Below, in pieces: positions 26,750-39,913 of a stretch of DNA of 64,000 bases. The stretch is from the NCBI RefSeq assembly GCF_009914755.1, contig NC_060927.1; one strand, written 5' to 3'. Source of the DNA: the human T2T-CHM13v2.0 reference genome, Homo sapiens. The position numbers and the translations under genes were made by a program. The notes under the pieces were generated by a model that worked only from the letters and a program-made list of their open reading frames with translations, had not been told where the DNA came from and did no database searches. Numbering within the stretch: position 1 is the stretch's first letter; each line of letters starts with the position of its first letter.

Positions 26750-27640
26750 AAGGAACAGGGGAACCAGCAGTATCAGAGAAAGCATAGTTCCCATATTCAA
26801 AGGGCCTGAGCTGGGAAGGGGAAATAAAAATGCCAGTAGGCAGTTGATATAATGAGAAAGCGAGCAGAGCAAGGACCTTTGTCTATGAGATTAAATATGA
26901 GAGACAATGGGAGTGAGAGTTTGAAAGAGAAGGGAGGAGGTTGTGGTTGAAGAGAGTAATACTGGAGTTTAATGTTTCTCAGTAAGGGACCTAGAAGCAG
27001 GTACCTGTAGTGAAGTTGAAATGAAAGATGTAGAATTGAGGAAATAAAAGTGTTACAAATGAGGGTATTGTAAAAATTGTCTAAACATGCATTTTTCCTC
27101 TCAACAGGGGTAGAGAAGAAAAGTGAGATTGGTCCCAAGATCTGCAAAATTAGGGTAGAACCATCGGGAGATCCATGAATGGCAGAGTGAGAGGGGTAGA
27201 AATAAACACAGTCAGAGAGCAGGAACCTCAAAGGAAGATTTCAAACAGGAGTATGGAGACAACAGTCTGCAGTCAGAAGATCATTCACCCATGTTTCATG
27301 GCACACTAAGTAAGGGGTTACCGGGTAAGTTATGTAATCAAAGGAGTGCCTCAGTTCAAGCATGGTATGCAGATATACAAAGAATTCGGTGAAAGGATGA
27401 CAACATGGGAGATTTGGTTTACAAGAGTACAAGGTTTCCAGAGAGCCTAAGCAGAAAGGAGTTACACTGAGACAATGCAGACAGCTATGTAAAATCAAAA
27501 GAAAATGGTAGATGTGTGATGAGAAGGAACTCTGTGACCAGACTCTACGGGGGTGCAAATCATGTTTTGGTATAGCATAAAAATATCCTCAGAGAGTAGA
27601 GATAGTTGCTGCAAAGTTTAAAAGGGGCATCAAGGGCTCA
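26750..27640 (-). mobile_element. L2 LINE internal fragment (degenerate)
   Basis: Purine-rich strand. The reverse complement around 26920-26975 resembles the L2 ORF2 endonuclease end (SDHxLLSF-like: caaccacaacctcctcccttctctttcaaactc). Confidence 0.55.
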
Positions 27641-27959
27641 CTTGTTCTAGAAAGAAGTTATCTAAATCTAACCCAGATGAAGTAAAGAAATTCTGTTGGA
27701 CCACACTGGTATCCAATTGATAAATGCTTTCTGGTCGGGGTAACTCATACATTCCAATTCAATTTAAATGTGTCCAAATCAACCAAAATTTGTTGGCTAC
27801 CAAATATATACTAAGTACCAGTGCACCTATATAAACAAATCAGCCTTATGTGTTCCAGATTTGTTCTAAGATTGTTGTAAAATCCCTTGTTTTAATTTTG
27901 GAGGACTTAAGCTTGGTGGGGGAAAGAGTGAACTAAGTTTCTCTTATATTATGAAGGTG

Positions 27960-28358
27960 TCTTTCATTTCTCCAGATTAAACTGTCCCCCCCACCACCCA
28001 CTTCCCAAAAACTCATATATTGATGCCCTAATCCCAAATGTGACGGCATTTGGAGACAGGGCCTTTAAGGTTTAAATGAGGTCATAAGGATGGGAATCTG
28101 ATCCAACAGGACTGGTGTTCTTATACAAAGAAGCAGAAGAGACACTAGGGATGTGCAAACGCAGAGAAAAGATCACGTGAAGACACAGTCAGAAGGCGGC
28201 CATCTGCAAACCAAGGAGAGCAGATGTGGAAGAACCCAAAGCTGCTGGAACCTTAGTCAGGGACTTCTAGTCTCCAAAACTGTGAGAAAATCATTTTCTG
28301 TTGTTTAAGCCACTCAGTCCAAGGTATTTTGTTAAGGGAGCCTCAGCAAACTAATACA
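27960..28358 (+). mobile_element. MLT1B-like (ERVL-MaLR) solo LTR
   Basis: aatgtgacggcatttggagacagggcctttaagg...gacacagtcagaaggcggccatctgcaaaccaaggagag...tgttgtttaagccactcagtc...gcaaactaataca. Confidence 0.88.
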
Positions 28359-28399
28359 CTCATGTTACCAGTTAGTGCAATTTCTTTTTGATGTTCAAA

Positions 28400-28528
28400 A
28401 TTGATGAGGGAACTAAGTCTCAGAGAGGTTAAATGTGTTTCCCACGGCCACACCGCTAGAAAGCCATGGGTCTGGAATTAAAATCCAGGTCCATCTGACT
28501 GCAAAGCCAATGGGCTCTTTGCTGCCAT
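28400..28528 (-). mobile_element. MIR SINE
   Basis: gatgagggaactaagtctcagagaggttaaatgtgtttcccacggccacaccgctag...ccaggtccatctgactgcaaagcc. Confidence 0.8.
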
Positions 28529-28799
28529 TGGCTCTATTTCTTTTCTAGCGCTAAGTGAAAACACAGCAACCCCCACCTCCCACTAATAATAATAACAATA
28601 ATAGACCAAGTTCTATATGCAATTTCTTAAAGGTGATTTCAAAGAATAACATTTGAGAGCTAGATAGACTTAGGGAAAAGCTGATCATCAGCTGATCACT
28701 TCTAGTCCCAAACAACAACCACAAAAATAGATATTTGAAAAATAAAATCTATAAAGAAACTGATCTCTAAAACTACTTTACAATGCTTTCATTTTGATT

Positions 28800-29100
28800 T
28801 TGACGTTTTGTTTTATTGTGAATATAAGTCATGTTTGCTACAAAAATGGAAGCAAAATAGAAATATATAAAATGTTAACGGACATCCACTTTAGGTGTTT
28901 CCAGTTTTTCATTATTATAAAACAAGAGTCACATATCATTTTATGTATTATTTGTAATTTTGTATAAGTATCGATATTTTAGAATAAACTTGTAAAAGTA
29001 AAACTGCTGAGTCAAAGGGTATGTGCATTTTAGATTCTGATAGGTATTTTCAAATTGGCTTCTAAACCCTCCAAAGCTAACTTTCATTTTATTACCTTCC
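28800..29100 (-). mobile_element. Old L1M (L1ME-like) fragment
   Basis: tttaggtgtttccagtttttc...ctgctgagtcaaagggtatgtgcattttagattctgataggtattttcaaattggct. Confidence 0.7.
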
Positions 29101-29460
29101 CTAGGTCCAGCCCCTAGAACCACCACACAGATTCCACCCAGAACAAAATGCTCTACAAATAAGAAATGCTATTGCTTACATTATTTTATGAGAAAGCACT
29201 GACATATCCTGAGGATATATCCAAGACATTTCACCGTCTTTTAACAGAAAACATAATTCAGTTTGAATGTTAGATCTGCGTCTAGAATTCTGTTTAAAAT
29301 GAACATTAAAGCAAAAATCCCACCATCCTATTGTACTCAGAATGAACCAATCTCCACAAACCATGAAATAGTTAAGGCTGATTCATCACAACTAATCAGT
29401 AAACTTAATGAAAGCAGGACAGAAATGTGGATTGAAGCTGATAAGACAGTATGAGGCATA

Positions 29461-29943
29461 TTGTAGCAGCCAATATTAGTGACCTAGATGACATTTAGCC
29501 CCTCTTCCTCCTAAGAAAGCCTCGCTGAGGGCAGCTGTTTGTCTGCTGAGGTAAGGTCTCATTTTCCACCTTTCTTATATGATTATATGTCATCATTTTC
29601 AGCACAGAGAAGTAAACAGATGTCTGACATGGACTCAGCAAACACTTTTGCTTTTGTTGATAGAGGGATGGAAATTACTTACACTGAAATCTCCCACCCC
29701 ACTCCTCCTGCCACCATCACCTTCATCTGTTTTGAATGTGGATATGATATAAAATACTGTAGCCATTTTTGTGAACTTTAAGACAAATAGCATGGAGAAA
29801 CAGCTAGAAGAATCGCAGAGATGTCAGCCCCACTATTCTCCAGCATAAGTTTAAGGACGCATGACAAAATACACACAGCATTTCTTTGTTTAATCTCCTA
29901 TATTGTCTTGCTATTTGATGCTAAAGACATCCCTAACCATGCA
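29461..29943 (+). mobile_element. Old MLT1 (MLT1K-like) LTR
   Basis: tgtagcagcc start; gaatgtggatatgat...gtagccatttttgtgaac...agaatcgcagagatgtcagccc; end tttgatgctaaagacatccctaaccatgca. Confidence 0.6.
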
Positions 29944-30753
29944 GATATTACATTAACAATGTAAATATGATAAAGATATTTCTAAAATTGAAATATGGTC
30001 AAGGTATTTTTAAAATTGAAATTAAAATGGAAAACATTTAAAATGGTCTCATTTTTTTAAAAACAAGTTTCAATAATTAGTAGATTATCTTTGTACAAGA
30101 CTGCTTGTAGCTTTTGGTTGGAAAGTAATGTGATTAAAAGAAGAGACTGAACTTCAGAATATGACATACCTAAACAAACATTCCCTTTTTGCCATTTTCT
30201 AGTTTTTGTGGTGGGAAGGGAACCTGGTTTCTTAATTTATAATTAAACATAATAAGAAGAATCATATAGGCTTGTTCTGATGGTACGTGATGATCACATA
30301 GCAGATAATCAATACATGTTGGTTCTTCTCTCCTTTCATTCAAAATTTATATTTTTTATGGAAAAGGCAGCCTTGGTCTACCTCCCAGGAAACAATAACA
30401 ATTTCACATTCTTCATTCTGTTTTATGGCAAAGAAGAAAATAAGCTGATAAAGGACTTTTAAAATCTGAACGATAGATTTCAGGATGTGGAGTAGGAAGA
30501 ACCCTGATTCAAATCAGCCCTTAGACTTTCTAGAGATACAGCCCCACAAACTGAAAATTGATGCTCATAATGAAGACTCATGAGATTCTGCAAGATCCTG
30601 GCCTAGAGGCTACAACTAGATTCACTCTATTGTACTCACCAATGGAGGAAGAAAAAAAAAAACTCAGCAGAAATAGCTAATTCTCTGCCAACTTGAACTC
30701 AATGGTAATGACTGTTAAGTAAGATTCTTTTAAGAATAACATAGAATTTATTT

Positions 30754-30915
30754 TTTTTAAAATGCAGGAATAATCATTCACATTACTAACTCCAGAGTTA
30801 TTTAAGGTTGGCAGTTGCTCTGGTTTATTCAAAATTTTTAAAACACAAGAATAATCATTCACATTACTAACTCCAGAGTTATTTAAGGTTGGCGGTTGCT
30901 CTGGTTTATTCAAAA
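30754..30915. repeat. 81-bp tandem duplication (2 copies, 4 mismatches)
   Basis: gaataatcattcacattactaactccagagttatttaaggttggc(a/g)gttgctctggtttattcaaaa begins at 30768 and at 30849. Confidence 0.97.
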
Positions 30916-31129
30916 TAAAAGTATGTATTTTCTAATTGCTTCACATTTAAGAATCATGTTTGTAGAATTCGTTTGTGTATTAATATGGTTGTACTTACCA
31001 AAATATAATTTGAAATACATAATCAGAAAAGATTCTATTAAAATATTTCTTGTGTGTTCTAAGGAACATCAATCCCTCAGTGTGCTTTGCAAAATTTTCT
31101 CATGATTAAATGAGCTTGAGAAATCACTT

Positions 31130-31345
31130 TATAATATATGGTTCTCTTAAAGATTTTAAATAATACAGTAATACATTATAGGCTTTGAGAAGCTTCATAT
31201 TTGTAGAAACTGTTTAACATTTAGCATATCCAAAGCCAATAATTGTTCCAAGTGTCTCTGACCATGAAAGGTTGTTCTCCTAGTAATACCTATTAACCTC
31301 CTACACTGAGCACATTGTTTGAAACACACTTTGGAAACTGCTGTA
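31130..31345. mobile_element. MER103C-like hAT-Charlie fragment
   Basis: tgaccatgaaagg...taatacctattaacctcc...gaaacacactttggaaactgctg terminus. Confidence 0.6.
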
Positions 31346-31794
31346 GAGTTTGGTGGTCATATATTATAATGGTGGCAATACCTATAAAAGCAGAGTAATG
31401 TGAAACATATTCAGGTGTCCATTCAGTCTGTCTGTGAAGCCAGATGGACAATCAGCTGACATAAATGGGTTACATGCAAGCAGAGTAAAAGCAGATTGGT
31501 GTTAAGACGGTTTTCTTTTCAGTCCTAGATTTGCACGCTACTGTCTTTACTATGTTACTTGGGACAAAATGTTAGCATACACATATAAGTATATACATCG
31601 ACGCAAGCAACTGAAGTATCCAGAAAAGAGTCAACACTATATTTTTTCAACCATTTTTAAAAACATTCTCTCTGCAAGGCATGCTGTTGATAAAAGAATA
31701 GAATATATTTGGCTTCTGTGATGTACAGTCTGGTGTGGAAGAAGGGAGTGGTAAAAGATTTCCCAAAACATGTTTCTCCTGAAATGTAACACCC

Positions 31795-32156
31795 TGATAC
31801 CGTTTGGCTTTGTATCCTCACCCAAATCTTATCTCAAATTGTAATTCCTGTGTATCCAGGGAGGGACCTGCTGGGAGGTGAATGGATCATGGGGTCAGTT
31901 TACCCCATGCTGTTCTCGTAATAGTGAGGGAATTCTCATGAGATCTGCAGGTTTTAAAAGTGGCAGTATCACCTGGGCTCTCTTTCTCTCCTTCTGCCTT
32001 GTGAAGAAGGTGCCTGCTTCCCCTTCACCTTCTGCCATGATTGTAAGTTTCCTGAGGCCAGCCATGCAGAACTGTGAGTCAATTAAAACTTTTTTGTTTA
32101 TAAATTACCCAGGCTCCGGTACTATCTTTGTAGCAGTGTGAAAACAAACTAATACA
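31795..32156 (+). mobile_element. THE1D-like (ERVL-MaLR) solo LTR
   Basis: tgataccgtttggctttgtatcctcacccaaatct...gcagtgtgaaaacaaactaataca; perfect TSD CACCC at 31790-31794 and 32157-32161. Confidence 0.94.
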
Positions 32157-32869
32157 CACCCTTTCAAATGAATAAACCTCACAAAGATGGAAACTTCAGC
32201 ATAATCTGAAGTTACTATTTGTGAAGATGTGATGTCAGTTTTTCTTTGAAATTTATGTTTTCATATGATATTTGCAGTGTGAGACTTGGTGAGGGAGGAT
32301 AATATATATGAAGATTTTACCCAGATGGAAATTGTGAAATGAATTTTGGTATGGAAAGCCAGCTATAATATTGTTCAACATAATAGTTTTATTTTACTAT
32401 TTTATATTCTATAACAATCATATGTGGATTACAGAATATGGGTCAAAAAGCAGGATAAATAGTGAGAAGAACTTCTCATTTTTTAAAGAAAAGATGATCA
32501 TTATTTCATGGGAGTTTGAAATCTAATTAGAAAGACAAGATGTATGCCCATAAAACAGGTAACAACATAAGGGAGATATGATTAAGTACCATGAAAAATG
32601 ATGAGTGATAAAAGTAGCAGGTGCTATAAGAGGATTAGAGAAGAAATCGAGTTTCACTATTTTCATGGATATAAAATAACCTAAATTAAAAAATCAACTT
32701 GATTTAAGTGGATTTAGCTTGTCATTTCAATTTTGCATGTTCAAGGCTTTATGTAATTGGGACTCTTCTCATTGTTTTCCCAGCTTGCTCACCAGGTAGC
32801 CAGTGAGAGAACAGAATAGGCAGTTCTGTCCCTGCCATCTGCCATAACTCCCATTGCAAATCAGGTGAC

Positions 32870-32922
32870 TGTGTGTGTGTGTGCGTTTGTGTGTGTGTGT
32901 GGTGTATACACACATACACATA
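32870..32922. repeat. (TG)n followed by (CA)n microsatellite
   Basis: gtgtgtgtgtgtgcgtttgtgtgtgtgtgtggtgtatacacacatacaca. Confidence 0.9.
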
Positions 32923-34039
32923 TGCTACCCAATATGTATTCGCATTTGGGACTGAATATTTTGAGGTTCTCAGATTCAAGAAACTGTGAAAATACCTGGT
33001 ATCATTATCTAAACTTTCAGTCTGAGGTTTAGCCGTCCCTGAACAATCACGGCTCAGCACTGAAAGTAAAGATGTATATACATAAGCACAAATTGCAACA
33101 ATAACACTTTGCATTTCTAAAACATCTTCCACTGAAATAGCTCATTCTCAGCACTGTTTACAAGCATTAATTTAGCCTCACAAGGGAAAGATAATTTGCA
33201 AGAAATAGGTTAAGGGTCTGATTTGAGATAGCACAGTTCCTGAAGTCAGTATAAAATACAGGCATTCTCACTCCTTGTCTAGTGACTTGGTGCAAGCAAA
33301 CCCTTCTTCAATTCCTTTTTAAATTTTGTTTTCGAATACCAATGAACATACAAAAATAAAAATTATAACGTGTCATTAGCATAGATATAAAAATAATGCA
33401 GAGAATCTTTTTGTATATGACTCTGTCTACGTTATTGCTATCATTTACAAGCTTTTTTCAGGCCTGGTAAAGTTTTTTTCCGTGTGCCTGGAAACACTGA
33501 TAATGAAAACCATTATAATGAAGAGAATAATATTTAAATGTGAGAAAACGTTCAATGAGAAGATGAAAGAAAACATAAGGAAGTTCTGAGCCCCTCACAG
33601 GTAGACTTGCCTCATGCAAGTCTGTCCTCCAGTTTCTTAATCTTATCAGCAACTGGTAGAATAGAATAGGAGCAACAATGCTGGGTCAGAAATTGGAAAA
33701 TAGTCCTCCACCAATACCACTGTCCCTATTACAACCCAAGGGAATTAAACATTAGAATGTGCCGGGGCAAACAAAAAGTGTAGGTGGAGGAGGAGGAACA
33801 GCACAGAGGGACTATGACGATTATCCCTAGCACTTGCAGAACTTTATTATTCACTTTTGTGCTTAATTAAATATAAATAATTATTAAGTATTTTCCATAT
33901 CAAGTTGCAACATTAAATGTAGAGATAAAAAATCCTCAAAAAGGCAAAACATAAATAATTAAGCCAGAAAGAAACAATAAGAATGGTGTAAGTTGATTAA
34001 TTCTTTCAATACATTTGGAGCATCTACAATAGGAATGGC

Positions 34040-34780
34040 CAGAAATTCTCAAAAGTGGTGATGCTTTGGAAGGCTCAATGGGGAACTCTAGAATTTAGCT
34101 GGGACGGCTTTTGATTGTCACAGTAACTGAGGGAACCCTTGGCATTTATTGGGCAGTATCCAGGGGCACTAGATACACTGCAATATTCAGGACAGTCTCA
34201 CCAATAAATAACTCTCCCAAATCCTGCATGACTTTCAAAGATCTCATTGCATGTTTATTCATGGGGGTGAGAAGCCAATTTATAATTGCTTGAGGTTAGA
34301 AGCTCTCTCCATGTACTAGATATTATACAAAGAATTATTTACACAGTTTTAATACATACTGAGTTCTCTGAGTGCAAGTATCATATTAATCAGAACATAT
34401 TTCACATAGTTTGATTCAGAATTTACCAACATGTGGCCACAATTTTGGAAAATCACATCATGAGTAGCTATGCCATGGCACCTGAATCACTGTAACAACA
34501 TGCCATACCCTTCTGCATGTGTAGTGGCCATGTCCAGGTGACGCCATGCATACTTGTACGCATCTTCCTACTTTATCACATCATTCTGTGAAGTTATGCC
34601 TGAGCATTTACATATTGAATACTTAATACTTTATTATAATTAATTTCCATAATTTCTTCTATTCTAGTTAACCATGATACTGATTTTTAAAAAATTACAT
34701 GTGTAGATAAGTTGTATCATATATTAATTTCAACTTAGAACAATAAAGGTGTATTACATATTAGTTGTTATAAATAATAT
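34040..34780 (+). mobile_element. MER20B-like hAT-Charlie DNA transposon
   Basis: cagaaattctcaaaag start; ttttgattgtcacagtaactgaggg...tggcatttattgggcag...tgcaatattcaggacagtc (MER20 core) followed by the longer MER20B-type extension. Confidence 0.75.
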
Positions 34781-34834
34781 CACACATTGTTATAAATAGT
34801 ACTGTAGATTATTTGTTATAAATAATATAGTATA

Positions 34835-35390
34835 TGTGGTGGTTAATATTAAGTGTCAACTTGATTGGATTGAAGGATGCCCAGATGTCTAGTAAAGTAT
34901 CATTTCTGGGTGTGTCTGTGAGGGTGTTGCCAGAAGAGATTAACATTTAAGTCAATCCACTGAGAGAGGAAGACCTACCCTCAATGTGTGTGGGCACCAT
35001 CCAATTGGCTGCCAGTGAGGCTAGAACGAAGCTGGTAGAAGAAGGTGGGATAAGCTGGCTTGCTGAGTCTTCTGGCTTTCATTTTTCTCCTTTGCTATAT
35101 GCTTCTTGTTCTTCAACATCAGACTCCGGGTTCTTTGGCCTTGGATTTACACCAGCGGTTTGCTGGTTGGCTCTAGGGCCTTTGGCCACAGACTGAAGGC
35201 TGCAATGTCAGCTTTCCTACTTTTGAAGCTTTTGGACTTGGACTGAACCACTACTGGCTTCTTCTTGTCTTAAAGACAGCCTATCATGGGGCTTCACCTT
35301 GAGATGGTGTGAGTCAATTTTCCTTAATAAATTCTCTTTCATATATACATATATCCTATTAGTTCTGTCCCTCTGGAGAACCCTAATACA
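34835..35390 (+). mobile_element. MLT2A2-like (ERVL) solo LTR
   Basis: tgtggtggttaatattaagtgtcaacttgattggattgaaggatgc...atatatcctattagttctgtccctctggagaaccctaataca, 556 bp. Confidence 0.92.
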
Positions 35391-37448
35391 GTACTCTATT
35401 ACATGTGCCTCTGCTAAGTAGTACAGATAAGAGTAGTGGCGAGGACAGGAAATGGAGTGGTTAAAAAGCAAGTGTCAAGTCAATGGGCACAGAAATAAAT
35501 CCAAAATTACAAAGAGTACTAAGTCTTACAAAGGAAAAGAAGACCAAGAATTGAAAAGAGAATAGCAGAAGAGAACATAAATTGAACAGTCAACATTCAG
35601 AAAAGGCTCCTCTAAACAAAGATAAAGAGCAACAAGATGTCTAGAAGTCGTCAAATGAAGAAAAGGGGTCTGCACTGTGAGTAGAAGGAAGAGCATGTAT
35701 GAATAAATATATGGTCACAATGGGCTACAAGAGAGGAGAAGGGGTTTAATCAGGTTGATCAGAAAACACAGGACAAGGCAGCTTTTCCACATCCCACATT
35801 GTTTTGTGCGTAATTCCTCCACCTTCCTAAGTACATTTTGCTTTAAAAGCAATTCAGATCTCTCCTCAGAATCTATTCAATGGACTCCAAATTTCTCCTG
35901 AGAGAAGAAGAAATATAAAGTGTCACTAGAATGTACATTACCTTGCTTAAACACCTTGAGATAGATTAACGTATTCCAATATTTTCTCTAGGTAAATGCT
36001 ATCTGAATTGGCAAATTGGGATTTTTAGTCTGTACTCTGCATTTAGCATGGTCTTGCCTAAATGTTAAAGCAAATGGTTTCTTGCCTAAGGGTTTGAAAA
36101 TAACAAAGCCAAGCAATATGCATCCACGGCTCCCCTTGGATCATTCGATCAAAAAAAATATTAAGTAGTGCTGTTTTCGTAACTACTATTGTGGGGACAC
36201 TTCAGTGTTGAGAGAACAAGAAGCTAATTCCTATTCTCCTAATGTGATGCAGTGGAGAAAATTCAGAGGAAGATTTGTCTCATAAGCTGCAAATATGCAG
36301 GGGGTGACTCCAATCAAACACCACAAGACTTCTTCATAAGTGTTTACATGAAAGGAAACCATCTATTTCTTGAGGCCAGTTATCTCTCCATTATGCAATC
36401 TCTCACTCACTTGGGGTAGAGACATGGGAAAAGTGCAGTTGATTGAAAACCTGTCCAAGAATCTCCTTCCTAACTGTGGCTTGCTTCAGAAAATCTGGGA
36501 GGTGTGCAAACTCCCAAGGTCTCATCTGACAACTTTTTCCCCTCCTTCTACACTTTTATTTTTAACAAAACAATGAGGAAATGCATTCTTATTTGAGTCT
36601 GGGTTGAACAGAATCTTTAGCCTAAGATTTGACTAGCTATGACATCACTGACACATAGGCTAATTGCGATGGGGCGGAGGCTGTGTCCTCTATCTTCCTT
36701 TCATTAGTCAGTGGATAACATTCATTTTCTTCTAACATATCAGAAAAACAAGAATCCGAACTCTTATTTGGAAAGGCTGGAAATTTTTGCTTGAAAAATT
36801 AATCCTATAATACATGGAATTGCTATCATACTTTCCAATATGGGGAGAAGCTTTACAGTTAACTTTAAAACGTAATGGTTTTGAGTTGATAGGTCTTGGG
36901 AAATTATTAACTTGACTGAAGTTCCAAGTAATGAATGTGCTTTAAAAATATTCAAGAATAAATAATAATTAAAATGTTTGTTTTAATAAAATCTTCATAA
37001 GATGTAGTCTTTTATTTCAGAAATTGTATTGCCTTGTGTTTAGTATTTGTGAAATGAGAAGTATAAACTCCAAAGTTCTAGTGTATAATCCCAACATGGG
37101 ATCCAATCATTTTATTGATTGATCTTATTGATAAAATAAGACACAGATGCCTGCAGACTAGAAAAACAAGTTACACTAAACTTTGAGGTTCTATAATCTC
37201 CCTTAGGTTGAATGTAAATATAGGTGTGCAAATCTATTTGTGACAGATGAGGGTCAAACTGCTGCTGCTTAGAAAGCCCCTTGGCTATAAAGCTTCTATT
37301 TCCTATGCAGAACCTTGATATTGTTTGTAAATCCCAAACTGAAATGTTCCTAGACTCCACGGCTTAGTTAGAAATTCTACATTTGTATCCCAGATATTAT
37401 ACATGGTAATATGAAAGTTAGAGTCTGTGATTAAGATGTGGATTATGT

Positions 37449-37748
<300 letters not shown>

Positions 37749-38899
37749 TTATGTGGCCTACAGGCTAGATAATGAATAAAACTCAAGAGTGACAAGAGAG
37801 AATCCATTCTTCCTGTTAGTAGGACTCCCAAATCACACTGGCCTCCTATAAACACCCACCTAGAACATTCTTTGGGAGAGATAGAGAAGAAATTAGGTCT
37901 TCTATCTACTCTGCCTCCTGATTTATGTTTCACCATCTATGAATCTGTTATTAGAGAAACCTTGGTAATACCATTACTATGAGTCCAAATGTTTCATATC
38001 TATTATTTCATTAACCTATAGAGGTCTTGGTATCTTACACTGTAAATGTGCATTTTTCTACAGAGATAGTCCTAATGTTGAGATATTAGGGTTTGGTTCA
38101 TCACCCCAAGAGCAGTTAAATTAAAATGCTCTATAATATGGCAGATTCATTTGACCATTCCATTCCAGGACTCAGATTAGAAACGTCCTCACTAACACTG
38201 GCTAAGTGGAGATCAACCTCTGCCCCAGTGTATTCAGCTAATCACATAACCATGATTATGCACTCATACATACATCTGGTCAATTCAAATATTTGAGGTG
38301 GGACCCACATTCTAAGCTCATCAATACACCTAACTGTATCCTTTGAGAGACCCTGTTAATTCACATTTTCCCACTTTGTTCTTCATTTTATGATCCCAGG
38401 AACTTTCCGCACTAGCTCCAGGCAGTTACGTCTGAGTTGCCTGCAATGCAATCATATCCTTAAGGCTAAATAAAATTGAAAAGCAGCTGCTTAAAATTCT
38501 CTGAAATGTCATGAAAATGCCTATACAATTCGCTTCCGAAAATTAATATGATAAAATCCATTGTTACTGTGTACAGCCATCCACTGAAGCGCCATCTCTT
38601 TGGTCACATTATATTCTGAAATTTAACACAAATCACACAAATTTGCTTCAGACTGACATATTTTTACAATCTTCAGATCAATCTGATATATAGTAAAGAC
38701 ACTAATAGTGCTTAGGGACCCTTCCTACGAGTATTAAACTTATGGAGTCTGGACAATGATGGGACACAGTTTTAAAGTAAAAATCTTGCTCAGTGCCTCA
38801 AATTTGCCAAAGTCTGTTGAGATCAGTCAAAAAGACTGATGAAATTTCTCTGCTGGGATGCTTCAGCTAGAAAAAGTAACATTTACTAATATTCCAATA

Positions 38900-39270
38900 T
38901 GTGTTTTTCTTTAGTATTTCATGTTTCAAAAAGAAAGCAGAAAAAGCCTCAGTAAATTCCTATGGTACTTGCTTAAACTGACATATATGCAGTTGTGGCT
39001 AATATATTTTTAACAAAATACGATTTTAAAAATCATCAGTTAACTCCTTTTAGAGTACAAAGTATTCTTTGATTATTCAGCCATTGAAATAAGTGCAAAA
39101 AATATTTGATGACCCTCATAGTCATGTTAAACAAGATTCATCAACTCCTAAATAAGGATCATAAATTTCTACAGGATGTCCATTTTGGAGGATAGCATGG
39201 GTTGTTGTTGTAGAATTGATGGATCCCTATCTAGGGACCAATTTTATTCAATATTTTCAGTGATCACCCT
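38900..39270 (+). mobile_element. CR1/L3 LINE ORF2 fragment (degenerate)
   Basis: KIFDDPH at 39099-39119 (compare KAFDxVPH) and GPILFNIFSD at 39235-39264 (compare GPVLFNIFIND), in the correct order. Confidence 0.6.
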
Positions 39271-39891
39271 GGGAAATCAAGAAAGAACCTTGAAGAAGCT
39301 ATTAAATACATTCTGATGTCCTGAAATCCTATCTCTGTTCAACAGATGGTAAATGCATTCAGAAGTCCTAGTTGTAGTCATTGAGGGATTGCTGTATGCC
39401 AATCATTCTGCTCCAGGAGCAACCACACTGTTAAGATATGCAGGAGATCATGAGCCTTCACGCAACCTGCACAATCATCCGGACTGACAGTCAGCCCAGA
39501 GGCAGGTAGATCTGTAGGAAATCTAGCAAAAGAGAAACCTTGTGAGGGCACCACATTAAAAACAATTCCGAATTCAGCTTGAGTCTAAAGACAGCATTAT
39601 TAGAAAAATCAAATAAAGTAATTCACACATTTTAAGGATACAGTTGGGCACCATGGATCATTAATTTACAAATATGCAGTTTGGCAACATTTTACAATTT
39701 ACATTATAATCATGCTACCGTAATTAACTGTATAACAACTAGATCACATCTCAATTCTGGAACACATTTATTAGCATCAATTTTCAGAGAACTGAGATCA
39801 ACAGTAATGAGTTCTCACCATGGAAATTCCAAAAAAACATCAAAGCTCTCATTCCTAAACTTCAACCTAGCATCTAAACAAAGGACAAAGG

Positions 39892-39913
39892 GTGTGGTGG
39901 TGGTGGTGGTGGT
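39892..39913. repeat. (GTG)n microsatellite
   Basis: gtgtggtggtggtggtggtggt. Confidence 0.9.

Noticed and set aside
26797-27558. 144-aa and 105-aa minus-strand ORFs
   Set aside because: They lie within a decayed L2 fragment; low-complexity L/S/F/P composition.
34135-34160. MER20-associated CTCF site
   Set aside because: The corresponding motif is degraded here (tggcatttattggg instead of tggcatctagtggg).
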